DNA from: an uncultured Spirochaetales bacterium
GTDB taxonomy: Bacteria > Spirochaetota > Spirochaetia > JABEVK01
DNA length: 50,739 nucleotides
Direction of reading: 5' to 3'
NCBI GenBank assembly: GCA_964624355.1
Contig: CAZUXL010000004.1
Span: forward strand, 1-50,739
Made by a program: the position numbers and the translations under genes. Below are positions 8,220 through 17,635 of the stretch, one piece after another (positions within the stretch are counted from its first letter, which is position 1; each line of letters starts with the position of its first letter). The notes beneath the pieces are model-generated. The model ran no database searches, was not told the origin of the DNA, and worked only from the letters and a program-made list of their open reading frames with translations.

Positions 8220-9401
8220 TTAATTAGACTCCTGGATGAGTTTTGTATAAGCATCCAGGAGTTTTTCCGCTTGGGTTCCTATGGTCCATTTCTTAGAGTA
8301 TTCCAAGGCTTCGACTGATTTGGAACGCCAGAGCTGGGGGTCAGTAAGCAAGGCTTGGGTCCGAAGAAAAAACTCCTGGGGATCGTCCTTCACCATATAG
8401 CCCCCATTATCTCCATTCATCACCTCTAGGGTTCCCATTTCACCAATGGCCACCACGGGGGTTCCGCACATCATGGATTCAATCGTGACCAAACCCTGGG
8501 TTTCTGTTTTAGAGGGAAAGACAAAAACATCGGCGAGGGCGTAATAATCCTTCATTTCCAAACGCTGTACATAACCTGCAAAATGAAACCGGTCTGTCAA
8601 ACCCAACTGCTTGATCTTGTGTTCAAAACCATGGCGATAGGGACCATCCCCCACAATCACCATATGAACATCCGGTAATCCGGGTATGAGTTTTTGAAAA
8701 AGTCCTAAAAGAAAATCCAGATTCTTTTCCTGGGAAAGGCGGCCAGCGAAAAGCAGGATCTTTTTATCCTTCCACGAAGGGTTCTGTTGGATCACTGGAT
8801 TCAAATTCCGATCCCGATGAAAACCCTGGAATTTATCCGGATCAATCCCAGTGGAAATTACTTGGATGGGAGGTTTGAGTCCGTAACCTTCCAAGACTTC
8901 TTTCATATGATGACTCGGGGTGATGATGAGATCCGCATGACGGAAACTATTCACCATGATCACCATGGCCACGAGTTTTCCCACGAGGCCCGGAAGCCAA
9001 GGGATATAGTTACTTACGTACTGTTCCCAGTACGTATGGCTAGTCATGACCAAGGGTGTCCCGTACTTTTTCTTATATTTAAGCAATAATCGAAAAGTCG
9101 AAAATTCAGTCTGTGCATGGAGAATTTGGGGTTTGACCCAGGTTAAAACCTTCATTCCGTTGGAAAATCCCCGAAAGCCGGTGATCAACCTGTCTTCCCG
9201 ACTGAACATGAGAACGTTGGAAGGTAGTCGGTAAATTTTATCATCGTCCTGGGGCCCGACTCCCGTCCCCCCGGGATATTCAGGAACTAAAAGGTGAACC
9301 TCATGCCCCTGGGCCGTTAAGACTCCACGGAAGGTATCAATGGAAACGGTAGCCCCATTTACCCTTGGCCAATAACTATCGGAAGACATACAAATTTTCA
9401 T
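8220..9401 (-). CDS. GT4 family glycosyltransferase (layout resembles diacylglycerol alpha-glucosyltransferase-type lipid glycosyltransferases)
   Basis: 393 aa, no signal peptide. GT-B pattern: SYWPRVNGATVSI, HAQTEFS, TSHTYWEQYV, GRLSQEKN, VGDGP, FPSKTETQGLVTIESM (E-x7-E region). Substrate assignment is inference only. Confidence 0.75.
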   Translation of the reverse strand: MKICMSSDSYWPRVNGATVSIDTFRGVLTAQGHEVHLLVPEYPGGTGVGPQDDDKIYRLPSNVLMFSREDRLITGFRGFSNGMKVLTWVKPQILHAQTEFSTFRLLLKYKKKYGTPLVMTSHTYWEQYVSNYIPWLPGLVGKLVAMVIMVNSFRHADLIITPSHHMKEVLEGYGLKPPIQVISTGIDPDKFQGFHRDRNLNPVIQQNPSWKDKKILLFAGRLSQEKNLDFLLGLFQKLIPGLPDVHMVIVGDGPYRHGFEHKIKQLGLTDRFHFAGYVQRLEMKDYYALADVFVFPSKTETQGLVTIESMMCGTPVVAIGEMGTLEVMNGDNGGYMVKDDPQEFFLRTQALLTDPQLWRSKSVEALEYSKKWTIGTQAEKLLDAYTKLIQESN

Positions 9402-9414
9402 AAAAAACTCTACC

Positions 9415-10599
9415 TTATTGCACAGTTTTTGGAAACAAGAAACTCAAAGCCCCAGGAAGACGCTTAGCCCAGGCCGGTTCGTTGTGCTGATCCTTGTCAA
9501 AAATCTTGTAAAACAAGTTTTCACCTTGGGTATATCCATTTTTTTGCAGGAATTCCCCCATGATTAGGGATTCGGGTAGTAACTCCTTATCTATCCCTTC
9601 AGTTCCACAGTCCAAGTAAATTTTCAGCTTAAGATCGGCCTTGAAGTGTCTTGCCCGGAGAACCATATAAGGCATGAATCCCCCGGCAAAGGCCGCCACT
9701 TTTCCATAAACCTGGGGGTGGGTAAATCCCATGTACATGGCGATCATCGCTCCGGCGCTGGATCCCCCGATTCCCGTGTTATTCCTGTCCGTCAAGGTGC
9801 GATAATTCCGATCAATGGAAGGCTTTATGGTATTTACCATGAGATCCACAAAATCCAGACTCTTTTTTATTTGAGCATCGGTGATGGGATATTTCGCTTT
9901 TAATTCCTCCGGTACGGGGCCTGACCATGAAGTATACTCGGTCATTCTATCTACAGTATTAAAAACTCCCACCTGAATGATAGACTCAATCGTTCCCTCA
10001 GAAACCATTTTCCCAGCAGTAGTGTCGGCTTTCCAACCACCGAAGGGAGATTTTGCCCCTTCGGGCATATTCTGACCGTCATGCCAGTACATTACCGGAT
10101 ATCGCTTTTCTTTTTCTGTAAAATACCCCGCAGGCAGCATGACCAGATACCGCTGATCGGGAAAATACTGAAGCACGGGGAGAGGGGTATCGGATGTATA
10201 AAAAACCGATGACATGGGTTTTTTCCAATTAACCCCGGGATTCATCAGATCTAAAACCCGTTCTTGGGATCCGTTTGTCTTTTTTACCAAGAAAAAATAC
10301 TCGAGTCCATCAGGGTTTTCGCAATAGAGGGACCCTACAAAATTATCCCCCATTTTTTCTAAGGAAAAGTTGGTGGTCCACCGGGAAGAATGAACTTCCA
10401 CAGCAGCCCAATCTTCATTTCCAGGAAGCGAAAAGCTCAAAATACCCTGGGAATACGTCGGAGAAGTAGCCAGGTTTTCTTGAGGATGGGGAGCCTTTTT
10501 CCACCCCGGATCCAAGTCGGCTGCGGGAGGGTTTACCGGCAAGGATGAACATCCTAGAATAAATAAAAACACTATTAGAGATGACATTAATTGTTTCAT
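9415..10599 (-). CDS. Lipoprotein esterase (esterase D/enterochelin-esterase fold) with an N-terminal CBM48/E-set-like module
   Basis: Lipobox FILGC. The N-terminus (FSLPGNEDWAAVEVHSSRW...GLEYFFLVKK...DLMNP) resembles glycogen-binding E-set modules. The nucleophile elbow is GGSSAGAM. It lies 13 nt upstream of the GT4 gene on the same strand. Confidence 0.7.
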   Translation of the reverse strand: MKQLMSSLIVFLFILGCSSLPVNPPAADLDPGWKKAPHPQENLATSPTYSQGILSFSLPGNEDWAAVEVHSSRWTTNFSLEKMGDNFVGSLYCENPDGLEYFFLVKKTNGSQERVLDLMNPGVNWKKPMSSVFYTSDTPLPVLQYFPDQRYLVMLPAGYFTEKEKRYPVMYWHDGQNMPEGAKSPFGGWKADTTAGKMVSEGTIESIIQVGVFNTVDRMTEYTSWSGPVPEELKAKYPITDAQIKKSLDFVDLMVNTIKPSIDRNYRTLTDRNNTGIGGSSAGAMIAMYMGFTHPQVYGKVAAFAGGFMPYMVLRARHFKADLKLKIYLDCGTEGIDKELLPESLIMGEFLQKNGYTQGENLFYKIFDKDQHNEPAWAKRLPGALSFLFPKTVQ

Positions 10600-10690
10600 G
10601 GAAGAATTATATCACAAGTTTTAAACCTCTTGGGGCGAGTAGAGTGTAGTTGTACTTCTAATTTTTCAAAAAAAACACTAATATTGTCCT

Positions 10691-11533
10691 ATGTTAAGTG
10701 ATTTACTGGGCCGCAGGCTCATATTGAAAGCGGTCAAAGCCATCCCCCATGGCTTTTTTATGGAATTGGACGGGGAAGAATTTTTCCTACCGGGGAAATT
10801 AGCCCCCAAAGTTTTCCAAGTGGGGGATGAAGCTGAATTATTTCTCTACCGGGATTCGGAAGACCGACTCACGGGAACCACAGAAATCCCCCTGGCCATG
10901 GTTGGAGATATTCGCCGTCTGCGGGTGAAGGATTCGGCCTCTCAGGGTTACTATTTGGACTGGGGACTTTCGAAAGATCTCCTGCTCCCTAAAAGTCAGA
11001 TTAAATTCCCCATCGAAGTGGGACAGCGGGTTCTGGTCATGGTATACTTTGATGAAAAAGGTCAAAATTTAGCGGCCACCACCCTTTTTGATGAACACCT
11101 CCATCGGGCGGACGAGCATATCGTGGAAGGTCAGCTCGTGGAAGTTACAGCCTTAAGGTCTTTGGATATCGGCTTGGCTGTGGGTATCAACGGCGAATAC
11201 CTGGGGATGGTGTATCAAGAAGATATCCAGGAACCCATCAACCCCGGAGAGCAGCGCCAAGCATGGATCAAAAAAATTCGTCCCGACGGGAAGATTGACG
11301 TGACCCTTCGAAATCCCAGTTTCAAAAAAGTTTTGGATGAGGCATCCCAGAAACTTTTAGTCGCCTTGGAAAGTGCCCATGGCAGCCTCCCCCTCCACGA
11401 TAAATCTCCCCCGGAAGAGATCCGCAGCCGGCTGGGAATGAGCAAAAAAGACTTTAAACGGGCAGCCGGTGTTCTTTACAGGGAGCGGCTGATAAAAATA
11501 ACAGACCAAGGCCTCACCAAGTCGGAGAATTAA
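10691..11533 (+). CDS. cvfB: S1-domain RNA-binding protein, CvfB/YitL family
   Basis: 280 aa. Repeated S1-like segments, GYYLDWGLSKDLLLPKSQ, and a C-terminal winged-helix-like tail. Confidence 0.75.
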   Translation: MLSDLLGRRLILKAVKAIPHGFFMELDGEEFFLPGKLAPKVFQVGDEAELFLYRDSEDRLTGTTEIPLAMVGDIRRLRVKDSASQGYYLDWGLSKDLLLPKSQIKFPIEVGQRVLVMVYFDEKGQNLAATTLFDEHLHRADEHIVEGQLVEVTALRSLDIGLAVGINGEYLGMVYQEDIQEPINPGEQRQAWIKKIRPDGKIDVTLRNPSFKKVLDEASQKLLVALESAHGSLPLHDKSPPEEIRSRLGMSKKDFKRAAGVLYRERLIKITDQGLTKSEN

Positions 11534-11898
11534 TGAAGGTTTCTCAAATAATAAGTTTACTGGAGGCCGAAGTTCAGACCTCAGCGAATTTCCCCGACTT
11601 GGAAATCGAGTCCGCCTGTGGTGCGGATCTCATGAGCGATGTGATGGCCTTTGTGAAGGAGGATGTGGTTCTCCTCACCGGGTTGGTGAATACCCAGACA
11701 GTTCGAACCGCAGCGCTGTTGGACATCCAGCTGATTATCTTTGTCAGGGGGAAAAAACCCACCCCGGATATGATAGCCGAAGCCCAAGAATCCGGCATCA
11801 TCCTCCTGACCACTAGATCCGGCCTTTTCCTCTCTTGCGGGAAGCTCTACGCCGCAGGACTGTGTAAGGGCTCCATAGTGGAAGATTTTCACAAATAA
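11533..11898 (+). CDS. DRTGG domain protein
   Basis: 121 aa. ACGADLMSDVMAFVKEDVVLLTGLVNTQTVRTAALLDIQLIIFVRGKKP fits the DRTGG fold pattern. Its start overlaps the cvfB stop (TAATG). Confidence 0.65.
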   Translation: MKVSQIISLLEAEVQTSANFPDLEIESACGADLMSDVMAFVKEDVVLLTGLVNTQTVRTAALLDIQLIIFVRGKKPTPDMIAEAQESGIILLTTRSGLFLSCGKLYAAGLCKGSIVEDFHK

Positions 11899-11944
11899 AC
11901 CTGGGAATCTTGCCCCTAACGGCACCTTATAGTAGAATGCCCCC

Positions 11945-13225
11945 ATGCTGGATCTACAATTTATACGCGATCACATCGATGATGTGGAAAAAAATATTAA
12001 AAACCGATTTATGAAGTCCGATGCCCGGAAAGTTCTTGGGCTGATGGAATTGAGAACCCAGGCCATTGTGGCCTTGGAATCCTTAAGAAAATCCCGAAAC
12101 GACAATGCGGACAAAATGAAGGGTAAACTCACCCCGGAGGAACGGACCGGTCTTATCGAAGAAGGGAAAAGGATCAAAGAATCCATCACCTCTGCGGAAC
12201 TCCAGGTGCAACAATCCGAAGCCGAGTGTTTTGCGGCCGCCAGGGAAGTCCCTAACATGACCCATCCCGATGCCCCCATCGGAAAGGAAGATAAGGACAG
12301 CACTGAAGTGGCCCGATTCGGTACCATTCCCCAGTTTTCCTTCAAAGCCCTCGACCATGTTCAGCTCGGTGAAAAACTGGATATCATCGATTTTGAAGCG
12401 GGAACCAAGGTCGCCGGTACCAAATTCTACTTTTTAAAGAATGAAGGGGTCTTTTTAGAACTGGCCCTGGTCCGCTATACCTTGGATCTTTTAACGAAAA
12501 AAGGTTTTACCCCCTTCATCACCCCGGATATTGCCAAGGAAGAAATCCTGGAAGGAATCGGTTTTAATCCCCGGGGAGCGGAGTCCAACATTTACCCCCT
12601 GGAAGGTACAGGAACTTGCCTCGTGGGAACCGCTGAAATCACCTTGGGGGGATACCACCAAAATGAAATTCTGGATCTGGAAAATGGACCAGTAAAAATG
12701 GCCGGGCTTTCCCACTGTTTCCGCAGGGAAGCCGGAGCTGCCGGTCAGTTTTCCAAGGGTTTGTACCGGGTTCATCAATTCACCAAGGTGGAAATGTTTG
12801 TCTATTGCAAGCCCGAAGAATCCGAAGCCATCCACGCCCAGCTCAGGGAGATTGAAGAAGAGATCTTCAGTACTTTAGGGATTCCTTTCCGGGTGGTGGA
12901 CACCGCTACCGGAGATCTGGGGGCACCAGCCTATCGTAAATGGGACCTGGAAGCCTGGATGCCCGGTCGTGGGGAGGGCGGAGAATGGGGAGAAGTCACT
13001 TCCACTTCCAACTGTACCGACTATCAAGCCCGCCGTCTGGGCATCAGGTACAAGGATGAAACGGGAAAAACCAAGTTTGTCCACATGCTCAACGGGACAG
13101 CAGTGGCCTGCAGCCGGGCCATGATCGCCGTTCTAGAAAACTTCCAACAGGAAGATGGTTCGGTGATCATGCCCCCCGCCCTGGTTCCCTACTTGGGATT
13201 TGACAGGATTAAACCACGGAAATAA
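11945..13225 (+). CDS. serS: Seryl-tRNA synthetase
   Basis: 426 aa. N-terminal coiled-coil arm (MLDLQFIRDH...) and class II motifs (FRREAGAAG, GTAVACSRAMIAVLENFQ). Confidence 0.95.
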   Translation: MLDLQFIRDHIDDVEKNIKNRFMKSDARKVLGLMELRTQAIVALESLRKSRNDNADKMKGKLTPEERTGLIEEGKRIKESITSAELQVQQSEAECFAAAREVPNMTHPDAPIGKEDKDSTEVARFGTIPQFSFKALDHVQLGEKLDIIDFEAGTKVAGTKFYFLKNEGVFLELALVRYTLDLLTKKGFTPFITPDIAKEEILEGIGFNPRGAESNIYPLEGTGTCLVGTAEITLGGYHQNEILDLENGPVKMAGLSHCFRREAGAAGQFSKGLYRVHQFTKVEMFVYCKPEESEAIHAQLREIEEEIFSTLGIPFRVVDTATGDLGAPAYRKWDLEAWMPGRGEGGEWGEVTSTSNCTDYQARRLGIRYKDETGKTKFVHMLNGTAVACSRAMIAVLENFQQEDGSVIMPPALVPYLGFDRIKPRK

Positions 13226-13265
13226 TTTTTATTGTGTTAATTTAGTGGTGTCCAAAAGCACCCAA

Positions 13266-13299
13266 TAAAAAAGGGCGTCCATAATGGATGCCCTTTTTG
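13266..13299. terminator. Bidirectional Rho-independent terminator between serS and the convergent 91-aa gene
   Basis: aaaaaa-gggcgtcca-taa-tggatgccc-ttttt. The 9-bp stem has one G-U pair and is flanked by an A-run and a T-run. Confidence 0.75.
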
Positions 13300-13302
13300 T
13301 TA

Positions 13303-13578
13303 TCAGCCGTAAAACTTCCTGGGAAGCTCAGAGGGGATTTTAACACAGAACTGCTGGACGATTTTAGTCAGTAGCTCCTGACGGGCTCGGAAATTGTATT
13401 TTCGGGCATAGATGTTTGATTTCATGGACTCGTAAGCAATTTCATTCACCTTTTTCAGGCCTTCTTCACTCACAATCCGATTGGAAACGATATAGTAATC
13501 TCGGTTTAGCTCTGGTTCTTTGGTCCCATAAGCGGGTAGGATCAGCTTTCCGGTAATGTCACAATAAACAGGGGTCAT
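13303..13578 (-). CDS. Hypothetical protein (91 aa)
   Basis: ORF only. It sits between a terminator and a divergent promoter region. I recognise no motif. Confidence 0.45.
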   Translation of the reverse strand: MTPVYCDITGKLILPAYGTKEPELNRDYYIVSNRIVSEEGLKKVNEIAYESMKSNIYARKYNFRARQELLTKIVQQFCVKIPSELPRKFYG

Positions 13579-13659
13579 AGGATTCCTCCAAAAAAAATCT
13601 AAACCATTTTGTCCGCTTTGTCGAGTTGGAATTCTTGTTTTTTTTCCGATCTATAAGGA

Positions 13660-14778
13660 ATGAACACTCCGCAACTAAAAATTGGCTCCCGAATGATCTC
13701 TTTTAATGATCCTTTGTACATAATTGCAGAAATCGGGACGGGTCATGGGGGAAATAAATCTAAAGCCCAAGAGCTCATTCAAGCTGTGGCCGAGGCCGGG
13801 GCCGACTGCGCCAAATTCCAAGTGGTAATTGCCTCGGAAATTCTTCATCCCTCCACAGGAATGGTTCCCCTTCCCGGAGGAAATATTTCCCTATACCAAA
13901 GATTTGAAGAATTAAGTCAACCTTTGGAGTTTTACCAATTCCTTCAAGAAGAGACCTTGAAACTGGGCTTGGACTTTTTAGCCTCCCCCTTTGGAGAAGA
14001 ATCCGCCCGAATGCTCTTCCAAATGAATGTGGGAGCTTATAAAGTGGCGAGCCCGGAATTGAATCACACCCCTCTTTTGAATCAATTGAATTCTTATGGA
14101 AAACCCCTGATCCTTTCCAGCGGTGTTTCTAAACTGGGGGATATCGAAAGGGCTCTGGAATTGACCCCAGGAGTACCGAAAGCCCTGCTCCACTGCATTA
14201 CTTCCTATCCAGCCCCTGCCCATGAGTACAATCTCAGGGTTTTACCCCTCCTGGGTGGAATATTTGATCTTCCTGTGGGGGTGAGCGATCATAGTCTCGA
14301 CCCCCTTGCCGTTCCGCTGACATCCCTTCTTTTTAAATCCGCCCTCCTGGAAAAACATATTTGCCTGGATCGTAAGACCGATGGACTGGATGATCCCATC
14401 GCCCTGGACCCCAAAGATTTCCGATTAATGGTCCAGGAAATCAGAAGAGTTGAAAAATTAACCGAGGAAGACAGAAAGGGGGCGGTAGTTGCCCAATTGG
14501 GAAAAGACCTGGTGGAGGCCATTTCCGGCTCAGGGAAAAAAGAACTGGCTCCCTCCGAAAGGGCTAACTATGAAAGAACCAACCGCAGCCTTCATGTGAT
14601 GAAAACCCTTAATAAAGGTCATAAACTCACCAGGGCGGATCTAGGGGTCTTACGAACAGAAAAAGTTCTGCGACCAGGTCTCCATCCAGACTATTTAGAG
14701 AGGGTTCTAGGGAAAAAACTCACCAGAAAGGTGGATGAAGGCCAAGGACTTATTTGGGAAGATCTCCTGGAGCAGTAG
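13660..14778 (+). CDS. NeuB-family N-acylneuraminate/nonulosonate synthase with C-terminal SAF domain
   Basis: YIIAEIGTGHGGNKSKAQELIQAVAEAGADCAKFQ and SDHS match the NeuB family. The C-terminal region (LHVMKTLNKGHKLTRADLGVLR) is SAF-like. Confidence 0.8.
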   Translation: MNTPQLKIGSRMISFNDPLYIIAEIGTGHGGNKSKAQELIQAVAEAGADCAKFQVVIASEILHPSTGMVPLPGGNISLYQRFEELSQPLEFYQFLQEETLKLGLDFLASPFGEESARMLFQMNVGAYKVASPELNHTPLLNQLNSYGKPLILSSGVSKLGDIERALELTPGVPKALLHCITSYPAPAHEYNLRVLPLLGGIFDLPVGVSDHSLDPLAVPLTSLLFKSALLEKHICLDRKTDGLDDPIALDPKDFRLMVQEIRRVEKLTEEDRKGAVVAQLGKDLVEAISGSGKKELAPSERANYERTNRSLHVMKTLNKGHKLTRADLGVLRTEKVLRPGLHPDYLERVLGKKLTRKVDEGQGLIWEDLLEQ

Positions 14779-15997
14779 TTACCAGAAACTCATGAGGGGC
14801 CTTTAAAAATCCTTGAAGGATACCAGGATCCGCATCCCTGAGTTTCCAAAGGAGAAAATACCGGACTAAAAGGCTCCGTTCCCGGCGCAGGATTTCCCCT
14901 TCTGCGGACTGTAACCCCAAAACCCTTAACCAAGGTCGATAATACGAATCTTCTGTCCAATCAGCCTCTCCCGCTCCCGTCCATTGGATATTCCAGCTGG
15001 ATTGTTGGATCCCTGTGGTGGAAAGAATAAGGTCCTCCGCAGTGGTGGAACCCGGATTACTCCCATTCCAGAAGATTCGGGTATTCCAAACTAAATCAAT
15101 AGGGGAATCTCCTGAGGTTATGAGGGCTTTTCGGCCGTTATATCCCAGTTCCAAGTGATTCATGGCCTTTAAAGCCCCTGTGAGTAAAGCCGAAAGATCC
15201 CTATTTCCCTCGTAGGCCGGATAAAGAACTCTTTTAATATAATCCCGGGAAAATTGTTGGGAAAAATCAGAAAATACCGGGACGGGAGATACCTCGGGAG
15301 CCCGTGGTACGGCGCAAACCAATCCCCAGGAAGTCAATTCCGTTACCAGGAGCAGGGAATCCTCGGCAAAACGACCTGGTGGGGGGGAAATAATTACTAG
15401 GCTCCAACGTCCCGTGGCCCCCTTTGGACGAGCATAAATGTGTTGCGACGCCCTTGTTATTTGATTTTCCCAAAAAAATCTGACCCGAGGTTTTCCAAAT
15501 GGTGAAAGCCCCGCTTCGGGATTTTTTGTGGGATAGTAAACCAGAAATTCCTGATTTTTTTCTTGAAAGGCTGCGACCCCCACGTCCCAAGGACCACGGT
15601 TGGGTTCTCCCTGAATGGGAAAGAGTCCCTGGAGGAAAAAAGTGCCCAGGGCAATCATCAGACCCGGGAGGACGTAGAGAAGCCTGATACTGATATAAGC
15701 AGAGTTAATTTTTTTAGGGGGGATGAAATGAAATATCAAATAAACCAGAGTTTGAAAAAATACCAAGAAATACGCCGGGGAAAGAAACCAAAAAGCACCC
15801 TCAAACCATAATTGAAGACAACCAAAAACCAGGCTTGAGGGAAGCAGAACCTGGAAGATCTTAGGTCGTGACCTTAGGGGGAGGAGTAAGGTGAGATTGT
15901 GTAAAAGTAGGAAAACCAAAAATGCCAAAGTAAACGTAACGGTCATAATTTTACTGTAAAGGAGAAAAGTGCCCAGGGCAAGGAAATTTATTGACAT
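14750..15997 (-). CDS. Membrane protein: ~4 N-terminal TM helices plus a soluble domain of unknown function
   Basis: Hydrophobic N-terminus (FTLAFLVFLLLHNLTLLL, FGCLQLWFEGAFWFL, FLVFFQTLVYLIFHF, LYVLPGLMIALGTFFL). The soluble part vaguely resembles an alpha/beta hydrolase (WSLVIISPPPGR...) but has no GxSxG. The start is more likely M18 (~15946). Confidence 0.55.
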   Translation of the reverse strand: MSINFLALGTFLLYSKIMTVTFTLAFLVFLLLHNLTLLLPLRSRPKIFQVLLPSSLVFGCLQLWFEGAFWFLSPAYFLVFFQTLVYLIFHFIPPKKINSAYISIRLLYVLPGLMIALGTFFLQGLFPIQGEPNRGPWDVGVAAFQEKNQEFLVYYPTKNPEAGLSPFGKPRVRFFWENQITRASQHIYARPKGATGRWSLVIISPPPGRFAEDSLLLVTELTSWGLVCAVPRAPEVSPVPVFSDFSQQFSRDYIKRVLYPAYEGNRDLSALLTGALKAMNHLELGYNGRKALITSGDSPIDLVWNTRIFWNGSNPGSTTAEDLILSTTGIQQSSWNIQWTGAGEADWTEDSYYRPWLRVLGLQSAEGEILRRERSLLVRYFLLWKLRDADPGILQGFLKAPHEFLVTTAPGDLPK

Positions 15998-16833
15998 TCC
16001 ACCAAGGAATGATGGATTATGTACCTATGGCCTCACCGCAGCTTTCAGATACCCAGGGATCTCCACCAGAAGCTGCTCTGAAAATAGAAAGCTATTTTAT
16101 CCGTCACACCGGTTTACTGGCGAACCAAACCGTTCTTAAACTAGGGGAATACAATCTTATCGTGGTACCTGCGACCCTCTCCAAGAGCGGTGGTACGGCC
16201 TTAGTGGTATTAACCCTCGCCGAAGTCGTGCTCTTTTCCCAATTCACCACCCAGATGAGTACCCTGACCTTAAATTTTCAAGCTCTGGACTCGGAAAAAG
16301 TAAATCGACTCCATATAAAAACCCATTTGGATTCCATAACGCCGGTTCCCGGCCGTAAAGATGTGAACATTTTAAAGTTAAAATTCAAAACCTGTCCTGC
16401 GGACTTTGAACAGCTGATATCCACTTATGCTTCTGAACAAGCGGTGAGGCGAGAGTATTACTCCCACACCCCAGGGGAAATCATAGAGATAAAGCCCCAC
16501 ACGGTGGCCTTATTGGGGTACAACGGTTACTGTGAAATCCTCGGCGAAAAGCCCCGGCGCATTGCCCTGAGGGGACTGAGCACCAAAAAAGCCCTTCTGG
16601 CCAATACTGGGGGGTGGGATGATATGGAAAACGGTTCAAAATTCTTTCTAAAACTTTATTTCAAAAAGTTTCAATTTATGCTGGAAGCCACTATGGAAGA
16701 ACTTCCTGATAATCCCCGGGGAATTGCGACCGTGGGTTTGGGTTTTTCCAATGAACTTCTGGATATCTTGGAAGATTACCAGTTTCGACTGACCATGCTC
16801 AAGAAAAAAGCCGCAGGGGAAAATATTTCGTGA
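15991..16833 (+). CDS. Hypothetical protein (280 aa), possibly tandem degenerate PilZ-like barrels
   Basis: ORF coupled to the next gene by a GTGA overlap. Weak PilZ-like strings: ATLSKSGGTALVV, RREYY and RRIALRGLSTKKALL. The start is probably the ATG at ~16009 rather than the TTG at 15991. Confidence 0.5.
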   Translation: MTFHQGMMDYVPMASPQLSDTQGSPPEAALKIESYFIRHTGLLANQTVLKLGEYNLIVVPATLSKSGGTALVVLTLAEVVLFSQFTTQMSTLTLNFQALDSEKVNRLHIKTHLDSITPVPGRKDVNILKLKFKTCPADFEQLISTYASEQAVRREYYSHTPGEIIEIKPHTVALLGYNGYCEILGEKPRRIALRGLSTKKALLANTGGWDDMENGSKFFLKLYFKKFQFMLEATMEELPDNPRGIATVGLGFSNELLDILEDYQFRLTMLKKKAAGENIS

Positions 16834-17588
16834 GATTTACCTTTCTGGGGACGGGTACCTCCACGGGGGTACCCGCATTGGGGTGCACCTGTCAGGTCTG
16901 CCTCTCCCAAGACCCAAGGAATAATCGTCTGCGAAGTTCCCTTCTGATCCAGGAGAATGACCAATCCATAGTGATCGATACAGGGCCGGAATTTAGAATC
17001 CAGGCCTTACGTGCCGGCATCCGAAGCTTGAAGGGTGTGCTGCTCACCCATGCCCATGCGGACCATATTCACGGACTCGACGATGTCCGGCCCCTGACTA
17101 GAGAACATCCCCTGCCTGTGTATGGGAGTAGAAGTACTGCTGAAGCCATACACCGGCTCTTTCCTTACTTTTTTACGCCCCCCACCCAGGGAACCACAGT
17201 CCCCTCTCTACAGATTGTTCCCATTGAGCCGGGGGAAATATTCACCTGCGGAGGGATTAAAATACAAGCTTTGGATATTTTCCATGGGAATTTGCGGATT
17301 TTAGGGTTTCGGATAGGGGATTTGGCTTACTTGACCGATTGTTCCTTCATTCCTGAGATAACCAGAACCCAGCTCAGGGGATTAAAAGTATTGGTTTTAG
17401 ATTGCCTGCGGTACAGGGCACACCCTACCCACTTTACCGTGGATCAAGCCCTCAAAGAGGCCCGAGAGATCGGCGCGGAAAGAACTTTTTTCACCCATCT
17501 TAGTCATGATTTAGACCACGAAAGTTTTGCCAGCAGTCTTCCAGCGACAATGAGTCCTGCCTACGATGGATTGGTAATCGAGCTTTAA
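16830..17588 (+). CDS. MBL-fold metallo-hydrolase, PhnP-like
   Basis: MRFTFLGTGTSTGVPALGCTCQVCLS (CxCxxC) and THAHADHIHGLDD. GTG start. Confidence 0.8.
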   Translation: MRFTFLGTGTSTGVPALGCTCQVCLSQDPRNNRLRSSLLIQENDQSIVIDTGPEFRIQALRAGIRSLKGVLLTHAHADHIHGLDDVRPLTREHPLPVYGSRSTAEAIHRLFPYFFTPPTQGTTVPSLQIVPIEPGEIFTCGGIKIQALDIFHGNLRILGFRIGDLAYLTDCSFIPEITRTQLRGLKVLVLDCLRYRAHPTHFTVDQALKEAREIGAERTFFTHLSHDLDHESFASSLPATMSPAYDGLVIEL

Positions 17589-17591
17589 GGG

Positions 17592-17623
17592 CAAAAAAAA
17601 AGCGCCCGAAGGCGCAATTTTTC
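17592..17623. terminator. Bidirectional terminator between the PhnP-like gene and rpmB
   Basis: A9-gcgcc-cgaa-ggcgc-aattttt. The stem is short (5 bp) but all GC, with an A-run and a T-run on either side. Confidence 0.6.
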
Positions 17624-17635
17624 TTGCGGAAGGAA

